A stretch of 62,928 nucleotides of DNA, filler included, from Reclinomonas americana ATCC 50394 (lineage: Eukaryota), in the NCBI GenBank assembly GCA_048213135.1. It is 4 parts of 4 records of this genome, joined end to end, with 100 filler letters (N's around TTAATTAATTAA, not from the genome) between each part and the next. Parts side by side here need not be neighbours in the genome. Positions count along the whole stretch, not along the records: positions 49,612 to 61,293 come from PS015108.1; positions 61,394 to 62,928 come from PS015110.1; 2 more parts are not named here. One strand, given 5' to 3'. This document shows positions 52,245 to 62,928 of this stretch, piece after piece. Position numbers and translations under genes: made by a program. Each line of letters starts with the position of its first letter. The first letter of the stretch is position 1. A model generated the notes under the pieces. That model saw only the letters and a list, made by a program, of their open reading frames with translations, did not search any database and was not told where the DNA came from.

Positions 52245-55200
52245 TCACGCGGGAAGCGGAGATCCACCATCGTCGCTAAATCGATCCTCGTCGTAGTTTT
52301 CGTAAATCGCCGGATTGATGAGGTCCGTGGCGGTGTAGTCGCCCACGTCCCATCGGTACGTCTCAAAGTCGGCCAGCGCATCCTGGTCCGACAGCGACTG
52401 CTGCAGCCCGTACGCCGAGGGCACCGAGTCGACAGGCGCCGCCGACATGCCGAGGCGAGAGGGCACTGTGTGGGGCGGCAGGAGAAGGGGAAGTGAGTAT
52501 GGAAAGGGAGAAGGGGAAGGGGGAAGGAAGAAACAGGGGGAGAGAAGACGGGGAGGCAGAGAAGGGTGAAGGAACAGACGAAAGCAGAAAGGGGGCAAGT
52601 GATTCTCCTCTTCTTTATCACCTTCTCCCTCGCTTTTCCTATGCTTTTTCGCTTCTCCAGTCACCATTCGCCATCTCTCTCGCTTGTCTTCCGCATTCTC
52701 CTTCCACAGCTTCACCTTGTCCCCAATGCTCTCTATCCACCTCTCCAGTTTCCTGTCTTCTCTGTTCGTTCTCGCCCATCGTCAACACTTCTCTTCCCCG
52801 GTACCATTGTCGTGGCCCTGCCTCGCCCTGTCTCGCTCCCTTCTCCTCTCCTTTCTCTATTCTATTCACCGTACCCGATTTTCTCTCAACGGTCTTCACT
52901 CTGACCTCTCTTCCTCTTCTTGAAACCCATTTCCTGCCTCACCTTGTTCCTCTTCCTTCTTCTCCCATTACCTCTCTTCCTTCTTCTCCCATTGCCTCTC
53001 TTCCCTCCTTCTCTCTCGTTTATCTGCCCATATCCCCGTTCACCTTCCCCCTCTCTTCACCTTGAGTCTCGCCTCTCATTCCCCACTTCTGTCCTCCTCT
53101 TCCCTTACTCCCTTTCCTCCACACCCTGTTTATTCATTCTCCCCCTCACTCCCTTCCGTTTCCTTCTCCTCCCCTATCCGCTCTCTTTTCTCTCCTCTCC
53201 CTCCAGTTCCTTTCCCCATCCCTTACTCTTCTCCTCCATTCCCTCCTTTCCCCTTTCCCCTCTACCCGCCTTCTCCCTCAGCCTTCCCCCTTTTTCACGC
53301 ACCTCCATACGACGCCCCACTCCCACCCATCTCCGCCGCCACCGCCTTCAAGTACTCCTGGTTGTACAGCTCAAACTTGCGCTGGCGAATCTGCGGGAAG
53401 TACGTCGCGTCGTACTCCTTGACCAGATCGAGCGTGACATCCGCCATGCGTCGAATCTGATCGTTCGGATCGGTGAGCATGTCGATCATGTACGGCACCA
53501 CGTCCGTGTTCTCCAGCAGCACTCGGCGTGTCCGCTCCTGCAGCATCAGCTTGTAGAATGTGTAGAATGTCTGCAAAATCATCTCGTCGTCGTTTTGCTT
53601 GGCTGTGGAGCGAGGGAAGTGAGAGGAGAGAGTGAAATGAGGAAGGGCGGTGAAGACACGAACCAATGACAGTGTCACACAGGTTGCGAATGAGCTCCGA
53701 CTCGGCAATCATCGGGCACACGTCCGGGTCGGTGGCGAACGTGCCAATGAGGATAATGACCTCCAGCAGAATGTCATCCTCCACGTGCGGATCCTGCATT
53801 GCAAAAGAGAATAGTGAGACACACGCAAACGGGAAAGAGAAGTAGAGAGAGAGAGAGAGAGTTTGTGCGTAAGAATTTGGGAAGAGAGAGAGAGAGAGCG
53901 AAAAAGAGAGAGAGAATGAGAGAGATAGAGAGAAAGACAAAATTTAACGAGTTGTGCTTGGGAAGAGAGCGTGCGGACAAAGTCTTTCACCTGGTGTGCT
54001 GGCAGTTGGTAATGAAACCAACATGGTTATGTGCGAGTGGGAAAGAACACGAATCAGCCATCTTCTACGGATACAGACGACAAAGGCATCACAACTGCTG
54101 GGGGAGGTCGAGGCTGCTGTTCGTGCGCACTTGTTTTTTCTCGGCTCCTCTCTCTCTCTCTCTAGCTGTCACCCTCTGCTGCCTCCGCAACGCACACCAT
54201 TCACTGCCGCCTTGATGATTCTTGTACAGCAACTCGCTTCGCGAGTTGCTGAGATCAGATACAATCATTCTCGAGTGCACAAACCTCTTGCTGTCACCAT
54301 CTACTGCCTCCGCAACGCACAAGACGCACTGCCGCCTTCACGCTTCTCATACAGCAACTCGCTATCGCGAGTTGCTGATCAAAGGCAGTCATACTCACGG
54401 ACACAAACTTCGAGCTGTCACCCTCTACTGCCTCTGCAACGCACATCGCCCATTGCCATCTCTATGACTCTCACACAGCAACTCGCTGTCGCGAGTTGCT
54501 GAGCTCAGATACTCAACTCTCTCTCTCTCTCCCTCCCTCCCTCCCTCTCCCCTCCCCCACCAACGCACCTCCATCAAGCTGGTGAGGAACTGCAGCAGCG
54601 CATATCGCTCGACCAAGATCGAGAAGTGGAACTGCTCGATGGTGAGGTTTCCTAGTGTGCCGAGCACCTCCACCAGCAAGTCGCCACGCTCGGCAGTCAC
54701 CGCCAACTTGGCGAGACCCTCCACGTAGTCCTGTGTGCACGGGCGATGAGTAGCAGGAAAAGAGAAGAGAAGGAGGGAGAAGGGCAGAGAGCAAAACATA
54801 CCCTGAACAGCGGCTTGATGTCCTCGTGCGAGGCAATGTTGCGGATGAGCTTCATCATCAGCGGATCGCCAGTCTGCGCCATCAAACAGATACGAAATGA
54901 GAATACTGAGAGAGCGCCTGCATGCACATACACGCAAACACGCACTCCCACTTATTCACTCACACACACACACGCTCCCCAACTCATAGGGCATCTCACA
55001 GTTTGCATTTTTGCTGCCTCTATCTCACTCGCACTCGCCCAATCACACACTCACAGGGTATCTGGCAACCTGTATACATCTGCTGTTTCTATCTCTCTTG
55101 CCCACACCCATTCACCCTCTCACAAGGCATCAGACAGCTTACTTTTCTGGTGTCTCTATCTCTCTTGCACACACAGACACATACATAAACTCTCACTCAC

Positions 55201-57898
55201 GCCACAATTACAAGGCACTGCCAACTTACATTTCTGCTGTCTCTATCAAATCAGCACACATACAACAACTTATTCACTCAGACTCTCATACTCACAGGGC
55301 ATCTGCCAACTCGCATTTCTGCTGTCTCCCTCTCTTCTGCACACACACTCCCACTCACTCACTCCCTCACTTACTCGCTCAGCCACTCACAGTGCATCTG
55401 TCAACATGCACGTCTGCTGTCTCTCTCTCTCTCTCTCTCTCTCGCAGAACCAACTAACGGGGCATCTGTCAACTTGCATTCCTGCCGTTTCTATCTCTCA
55501 CTCTCCATCTCTCCCTCTCCCGCTCCCTCTCCTTCGCTCTCTCCCTTCCCTTTTTATCCCCCCTCCCTTCCCCCACACCCCCTTCCCCCTTTAGCCCCTT
55601 CCCCTTATAAACCTGCATGGTGCGGTCCATCAAGCGATGCAAATTGTCGTCGCCAACCATAATCTCCGCATTGTTGCGGTTCACCGACAGATTCACGGCG
55701 AGCGCAACCAACTCCTGATTCACCAGTCGCTCCGGGTAGTCAATGATCAGCGCCAGCACCATCGGAATCGCGTCTGCACACAACATGCATGAGCGCGCGT
55801 CTTGGCAACCCCACTTCCCATTCCACGCGTCGACTCACTCTCACAGCATGCACTCCCACACACACTCACTCTCACCACATGCACTTACTCACTTGTCTCC
55901 CCTTCTCTCTCTCCACTCTCCCCTCATTTACTCACTTATCTTCCCTTCTCTCTCCCCTCACCCACTCACTTGTTTCCCCTTCTCTCTCTTCTCTCTCCCC
56001 TCACTCACTCACTTATCTCCCCTTCTCTCTCTTCTCTCCCCCTCACTCACTCATTTGTCTCCCCTTCTCTCTCTCTTCTCTCTCCCCTCACTTCTCTTCT
56101 CTCTTTCCTTCTCTCTCTTTTTTCCCCTCACACACTCACTTCGCTCTCCTTCTCTCTCTTCTCCCTCCCCTCACTCACTCACTTATCTCCCTTCTCTCTC
56201 TCTCTTCTCTTTCTTCTCTCTCCCCTTCTCCCTTCCCTCCTCTCTCTCTCCCTCCCTCCCTCTTTCCTTTCCCTTACCAGTATATGTGAACAAGCTCTTG
56301 CAGCGATCCTCAATCGACAACTGGTACATCAGCCGAAGCACCGTCTGCAAATGCGCCGGGTTCTGGAACAGCGTGACGAGCTTCGGAACGAGACCTTCGT
56401 CGATCATGACATTGCGCAGCTCCACGTTGAAGGACAGATTGAGCAGCAGTCGCAGCGAGCGGTCGACCAGCACCTGCATCTCGTAAAGTCAGGCATGACA
56501 CACGCTTCCTCCCACCCACTGCACCAACGCTCCCACCTCACTGGCGTGCGGCACCATCTTGACCAACTTCGGCACCACCTCTTTGCCCATCGACGTCACA
56601 TTCTCCTCCACAATGCTCAGCTTCTTCAGGAACGTCATGGCGAGGATTTGCAGGTCGGGGTTGGTGCGGTCGAGAATGGCGACCAGGTGCTGCACAATGT
56701 GCAGCTTGGTCATGCGCCGCTCCACCTCGAAATCCTCGGCCAGATTCAGCAGCATGTGCGTGCAAATGTAGAGGATGCGCTCCTGCCGCTTGAACAGCAC
56801 GCGCGCCTTTTTCGCCTCCTTGGCAATCGCCTCCTTTTGCTTCGGCTTGGCCTCGGCCGGCAGGCGCGAGTCTGCACGCCCAACCAAGTGAGAGACGAGT
56901 TGTGCTGCAACCTGGCAGCTAGTGAAAGAACGCAACATTCATCCTTTAGCCGCTCAATGCGCTCCATGCGCTTCTTGTGTCGCGTCAACTCCAAATCAAT
57001 CATCGACAGGCAGTACATGCCGACCTTGTAGGTGGAGATGATCGAGTGGAACTCGCGAAAGTTGGACAGCGAGTAGAACATGTAGATGAGGTTGAAGGCG
57101 AGATCCATGTTCTTCGAGCCGTCCTCCTTGAGCACACGAGCCTCGGCCTCCAGCAGTTGCTCTGCGATCAAATTAGAGAGTGCCTGCCAAGTCCGAAGGG
57201 GGGAGGAGCACAAGAGGGACGCAACGATTGTGCGCCAGCTGCGCGAGGTTGGCCGGATTGCGCGCCAACAGCGAGATCATGAACGTGCCACGCACGCGCT
57301 CCTCCATGTCCTCCTCATACAACAACGACAAGTACGAATCCAGCTCCGACATGTGCGCTCTCTCCTCCGGCTCCCCAAAGTGCGCCTCGTCGTCCTCGTC
57401 CTCGTGCCCGCCCGCATGCGTCCCACTCGCACCCACCTCGCCCCACATCTCCATCTCCCTCCGCTCGCGATCCAAATGATGCGAGCGCAAGTCGGCGACC
57501 TCCTTCTGCACATCGTCCTCGTCCTCCATGCGCAATTTCAACTGCTGCAGCAGCTCCTCGACTTGTGCGAGCTTCGAGGCCGACACGTACTCGCTCTTGC
57601 GCACAACTTCCTTGGCTACGGAGGCCGGGTTGCTCTTGGCGGAGAACTTGCTCAGTTTGATGCGTTTGGTCTCTTGCACGGTTTGCTGGGAGACAACGCG
57701 ACCGCTTTCGTCGAGTCGAGTGACCTCCACGTCCACGTCGACGACGAGTGCCTTTTCTTGAGGGTCAAGACGCACCTGTGTTGTGTGACAAGTCATGAGA
57801 GAGGGATGGAGAGAGAGACTGCGAGTGAATGAGTGATGCGCAACATCGTGTGTGCGCAGGACGCGCTTGGACTTGGTCGGCCCTGCTTCTCCGCTCAT
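52245..57898 (-). CDS. KIFAP3: Kinesin-associated protein 3 (kinesin-2 accessory subunit), 10 exons
   Basis: LDSYLSLLYEEDMEERVRGT, LARNPANL, ARVLKEDG, FYSLSNF, LLNLAED, TFLKKLSI, LRLLLNLSF, FTYT|DAIP, LMMKLIRNIASH, KQNDDEMILQ, FELYNQEYL. Confidence 0.95.
54165..54510. repeat. Three tandem units of about 125 bp, each with a perfect 11-bp hairpin, in a KAP3 intron
   Basis: Units start at 54165, 54290 and 54414; CAGCAACTCGC-loop-GCGAGTTGCTG at 54227, 54352 and 54476. Confidence 0.85.
54988..55498. repeat. About seven degenerate ~36-bp repeats with variable spacers in a KAP3 intron
   Basis: Consensus near GGGCATCTGYCAACTTGCATTTCTGCTGTCTCTATC. Confidence 0.65.
55880..56270. repeat. Pyrimidine-rich minisatellite in a KAP3 intron
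   Basis: Repeated CCCTCACTCACTCACTTATCTCCCCTTCTCTCTCT variants. Confidence 0.7.
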
Positions 57899-58720
57899 GT
57901 TGTGCGACAAGTGATCGAGGAGATGACGGTTGACGGGGACAGTTGAGCTCGCTTTGTCCGATCGACGTCGCTGATTGGAAGAGCTGTATTTGGTGCTGCT
58001 GCGGACAGTATCATGCGCACAAGGATGCACAACAACGGTCTCGCGTGCGGATTGAGTGCTCGTTTCGCGAGGAAGTCAAATTACGATATCGCGACGTCGA
58101 TGTACACAGCTGTCCACGGCTCATAGAAGCTGCTTCTGAGCTTCCAGACAGGTGGATACAACTACAGGAACGTACATACATGTAGGAGAACCTGCTGCTG
58201 CCTCACAATTGGCGTTTTTTGTCGAACGTCGATGTTTTTGTTAGATTGGCTTTGCCTCCTGAAAGGGAGGATAACTGATGGAGAAGAGTAATCATGTGTT
58301 TTGCTGTTGTAGGTGTGCCCAGGCCGTTGTCGCCAAGGGATTTGTGGACGTTTATCGCATTTTAGAAGTCTGGTGATGAATTCGATGTTTTTTGTTTGGT
58401 TGGACTTGGTCGTCACGACTGCTGTAGTTGCTCGTTTGCTGGGAGAGGGAATTGTTACCGTTGTACTGCCTGTCATGTGCCACCCTTTCCTGGCCTCAGA
58501 ACCGCTCGCTGGCCTCCCCGAGTATCGCGAAGTTGCTGACAACTCACAAACGCGACACGCTCACCTCGGTTTCCACATCGCGCACCACACCACTGCACAC
58601 GCGCCTTTGCTTTCTCGCCTCACCTGCATCGCCTCTGAGTCTCCCGTATTGCCGTCCCACGACTCTGCTTTGTACCGGTAAGATTTTCAGGCAAAACGCG
58701 AGAGAAAGTGTGCTGGGGTG

Positions 58721-60786
58721 ATGGGCAGTGGCGCCAGCAAAAGGCGCGACTCTGACAGCAGTGGAGGCAGTGGTGATAGTAGTGGTGAAGGAGGTGGAGA
58801 CAACGAGGACGAGCATGTGCGACTGGACGGTGTGTTGTCGGCACGACAGTCTGTGCGCGTGCGCTCAAGTGAGCTCGGTGGCACTGGTGAGACACAAGCA
58901 CACGCACAGAGAGACAGAGTGTGTTTCATGCTCACCTCTCTTGTCACACAGGTTTTGTGTTGTGTGACGACGGCGAAACAGTTGCGCACCAATCTCTTTA
59001 TCCTTTTTCTCTTTTGTTCTTCTTTGTAGCTCTCCTCGCACATTTATATGCGTGTACTGATATACACGCACTGGTGTGGCACAGGTGGAGACTCGACGCA
59101 AGAGGCTCACACTGGTGGACGTGTATGCACTGCGTCGCGAGTGTGCTGCTCTGCGTTTGGGCACTCGGATCAAGCGACTTCGCCTGCTCTTCAGCGACTC
59201 AATAAGAGAGGAGCAGGAGGTCAGTGACCTCGGGGAGCAACTGGCCGACATGTTCCCGGGTGTCACAGAGCTGGAGATGCCGAGTTGCGTGTGTATGTCG
59301 GGGGGAGAGGGTGGGGAGAGAGAGAGAGGAGGGAGATCCAAACACATCCTCTGCTTCTCCCTTTCTCTTGCATATCTCGTGCACTGCCTTCTCTCCACAG
59401 CTGCAATCTCTTCTCCTTCTCCGTCTTCTACTTCTTCTGCTTCCTCCGTCTCCTCCTGGTCGAGATACTTGAGCGACCGTTATGTTCGAACACGCACGCG
59501 ACTCTCCGTGTGCGTGTGTGTGAGAGAGATTTGGGGCGAAGGCTGAGTGTGAGAGGAGAAGAACAAGTTACAGCACGCCACCATGCCGTATGGAAAGAAG
59601 TTGGGCTGTGGTTGCGCAGAGAGTATATTAACAATATGTAGGCTGTGTGTGTAAACGTTCGTCGCCGGTATTGAGGATCTCTTGTGACCAAGCACGTGCA
59701 GCTTCTCACATGTCTTCTCGTGCTTCGTGCACCTGGTTTCTTTGCACTCGTGCTCGTGTCTCACGTCAACGGTGTTTCACTCTTGTGATCAAGTGTGTCG
59801 GCTGCTGCTCACTTGTCTTGTCTTCTGCTCTCAGAGGCCATGGAGCTGTTTGTGTCACGGTGGCGACGACGGATGATTAGTGTCTTTATCCGCTCCATGC
59901 CACGCCTGACTGTGCTGAACTTGGCCGGTGACGCCTCTTTATCATTGCCTATCATTTCCGTGCACAACACCACTGCTTATCTGCACCGTGCACCGCAGGC
60001 CACGAGAGCGTGGACGATCGCACAGCGGCCCTCATTGCCTCTCATTTGCCTCAGTTGACATTGCTGAACATTACAGGGTCGAGGGTGAGTCTCGAGGGCA
60101 CGCTGAAGCTGCTGGTCGGTCTGCCGCAGCTGCGCGAGTTGCACCTGGGTGCACTGGGTCATGGTGCGCGCGTAAGCTGTGTGCTTGTGTCGTCGTCACT
60201 CTTTCTCTAACCTTCCTGCAGGCGAGCGTCGGTTCAGCACGGCTGGGCGACGAGAACTGGGCGACTTTGTTGTCAACCACCCGGAGCTGGCTCTCCGACA
60301 CCTGTACTTGGGAGGTGCGCGATACATCCTCTCCTCCTCCTCCTCCTGCTGGTGCCGCTACTCACGCTTCTCTCGACCGCGTCAGAGGGGGAGATGCTGT
60401 GCAGCTCCATGCTCTGCGTGCCACGCGAGTTACGACGCAACTCGCGCATCATCAAGCTGCTGAAGCAGCACGGCCAGACGATCAAAAAGGCGGCCTCGTA
60501 CGTTCGAGTGTTGCGTAACTGTCCCCCAGACGATCACCACCCTCTCTGCGCATTGACACTCCCTCGCAGGCTCCTCTCATCCTCGCGATCCTCCGCCAAC
60601 GTCAACACAATGGCTCCGAAGCACCTTCGACTCCTGCGCAAGTGGAACACCGCACCAGGTGGCCTCCACCTCCACGAATCCCCACCAGAAGATACGTTAC
60701 CCGACAGCCAAGACCCCGGCTTCGACGATGCCTGTACATTGCCCGTGCCTGTAATCAATGCCTTCCCCTCGGACTCGGATTATTGA
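58721..60786 (+). CDS. Leucine-rich-repeat protein with predicted N-myristoylation, multi-exon
   Basis: Start MGSGASK; LRRs MPRLTVLNLAG|HESVDD, LPQLTLLNITGSRVS, LPQLRELHLG, LRHLYLG. Confidence 0.7.
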
Positions 60787-61128
60787 ACAATATCGATGCG
60801 AAATTTCTCCGTTTGTCGTGTCGTGTGAGCGTGTGTGTGAACGCGCGCGTTGTGTGAGGGGTGAGTGGCCTTCACAGAGAGAGCGACAGACATATAGCAC
60901 ATCAATGCAAGCACACACAAACGCGCGCGCGGGAAATGCGTGTTTGTGCGCGCGTGTCCCAACCAACCACAAACGCTCACTCGCTCTCTCTCACACTCGC
61001 TCACTCACTCACGCACACACGCACACACGCGCACACACTAGCGTTCTCTCTCGCGTTCTCTTTCTCTGTCTTTCTCACCCTCACTCACTCTCTCACTCAA
61101 TCTCTCGCACACTCACTCATGATCACTG

Positions 61129-61292
<164 letters not shown>

Positions 61293-61337
61293 GNNNNNNN
61301 NNNNNNNNNNNNNNNNNNNNNNNNNNNNNNNNNNNNN

Positions 61338-61349
61338 TTAATTAATTAA
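61338..61349. other. Artificial scaffold linker
   Basis: TTAATTAATTAA flanked by N runs. Confidence 0.95.
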
Positions 61350-61393
61350 NNNNNNNNNNNNNNNNNNNNNNNNNNNNNNNNNNNNNNNNNNNN

Positions 61394-61470
61394 GTACGTA
61401 CGTACGTACGTACGTACGTACGTACGACGTACGTACGTACGTACGACGTACGTACGACGTACGTACGGTA

Positions 61471-61539
<69 letters not shown>
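61394..61539. repeat. (GTAC)n followed by (GA)n microsatellites
   Basis: Direct. Confidence 0.9.
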
Positions 61540-61540
<1 letters not shown>

Positions 61541-61589
61541 AAGGAAAGGAAGATGCAACATCAGCTTGGCTAGCAACTGGCACCACCTA

Positions 61590-62830
61590 TTTGCGCAGCT
61601 AAAATCCAAACCAATTGTGGTGAACGAAAGAGTGGAACCAGTTTGCCCACTGTCCGTCCGCACTCGGAAATAATAGGCGGTCAGGGGTGACAAGCCACTC
61701 ACGGTGGCAGTGACCGAGACGCTACTGGTGCCCGTGGCAGACGCCGGAGTGGCGGTGACTGGTGTCGACGGTATTTCGATGCGACGCAGAGTGTGCGTCA
61801 GATACTCTGAGTTCACACAACGTGGAAACACACAATGTGAGAAGTTGAAGGCAAGCGTAGTGATGCAGTAGAGATTCGACACAAACCGGTCACAAACAAC
61901 GCCCCACGGCTCGCACTCCACGATACATCGCCCTGCAATGCCACGACTCAGTACGACGCGAATGCACACAGATAAAGCCCACAGAAGAATCGATGGGCAA
62001 CCACACACTCACTTCCATGTACACGAGCAGAACAACTTACCAAGGTAGATAATACAGCTGCCGGTCCGCTTCCGTCGACGGTGCCTGTCACCGTAGCCGT
62101 CCCAGCAATAGTTGTCACGTCGCCGGTGCTGGTGACACGTCGGATAACAAAATTGCTCGACTGCGATTGTCCACGAGTGAGGCAAAATAAAGCAAAAGTG
62201 GAGCACCAGTTGCATGATACGCAACATCGGCAACATACAACACATTTCCCACAGTATCTAATGCCAGTGCCACCGGCTGATTGAACAGCGCAGCATTGCC
62301 CGTACCATCCGCAAACGCGCACGTCAAGGCAGTGCCCGCCAGCAGCGTAACCGTAGTGGACGACAAGTCGATCTTGCGTAAAGTGCAGTTGCCTTGTTCA
62401 GCAACGTACAGCACGTTGCGTGTGCGGTCGAGTGCCAAGCCGTTTGGTACTTTGAACCGAGCCGCAGTGCCGACTCCGTCCTGCGATCCAGCCATCCCTG
62501 CTGCACCTGCCAGCGTGGTCGTCACTCCGCCAAATGTGACCACGCTGCATTCATCGACAGCAATCATTGGCGCAGCTTCACCATGGGGGAATCGCAAATA
62601 CGTACACGAACCGAATAGTATGATTGTTTGTGTCTCCCACATACACCTTGCCGGACGCAGCGTCGTCAACAGCGAGGTCTCGCGGCGCGTTGAACGACGC
62701 AGCAGATCCTGTGTCGTCGGTGACTCCAACAGAGCCAGAGCCCGCAAGGAGCGACACAGTTCCCTTCGAGATCTTGCGCACTGCGTGGTTTCCGTTCTGT
62801 GCGACGAAGAATGAGTAAGGGTGCACCAGC
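61590..62830 (-). CDS. NHL-repeat beta-propeller protein with a following FN3-like segment; partial, multi-exon
   Basis: LLAGSGSVGVTDDTGSAASFNAPRDLAVD, LAGAAGMAGSQDGVGTAARFKVPNGLALD, DGTGNAALFNQPVA, then VSGLSPLTAYYFRVRT. Confidence 0.7.
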
Positions 62831-62928
62831 TGCGCACGGAGAAACAATAATGGGGCAGGGAGAAGGAGACGGGGGACAGAGAGAGAGAGAGAGAGAGAGA
62901 GGAGGGAGGAGAGTAGTAACGTAACCGG

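Noticed and set aside
49612-53460. Leu/Ser/Pro/Phe-rich ORFs that look like membrane proteins
   Set aside because: Translations of CT-rich intron repeats.
54988-55498. CRISPR array
   Set aside because: Degenerate repeats, low-complexity spacers, eukaryotic intron, no cas genes.
59284-59480. Possible non-canonical TT-AG intron giving LEMPSCNLFSF in the LRR gene
   Set aside because: That frame does not splice in phase to the next exon. The GT-AG reading A|GTTGCG then C|GTTATG keeps the frame open.

Overview
Eukaryotic, GC-rich, intron-dense genomic DNA from a flagellated protist (IFT27, KAP3, SFI1-like repeats, beta-tubulin). I cannot name the taxon. The window joins four scaffolds through artificial N-TTAATTAATTAA-N linkers (30318, 49556, 61338) and has many N gaps. 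By manual splicing I reconstructed about 18 genes: PGAP1, a secreted GH130-like glycosidase, IFT27, TMEM214-like, RRP1/Nop52, a Kelch protein, an NPC1-N-domain protein, a Puf4-type Pumilio, beta-tubulin, SFI1-like, DCP2, a very large Thr/Gly/Ser-rich membrane protein, a P4-ATPase, MetRS, KAP3, an LRR protein, an NHL/FN3 protein and two coiled-coil proteins. The main signal is in splicing. At least 28 introns use a one-nucleotide-shifted donor (mostly GTTGCG instead of GTGCG), nearly always when the exon does not end in G. There is also a clear U12-type AT-AC intron. Other points: three alternative terminal exons on the P4-ATPase, a hairpin-bearing repeat array in a KAP3 intron, and four contigs that appear individually flipped in the assembly. 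Exon boundaries are hand-derived without transcript data.
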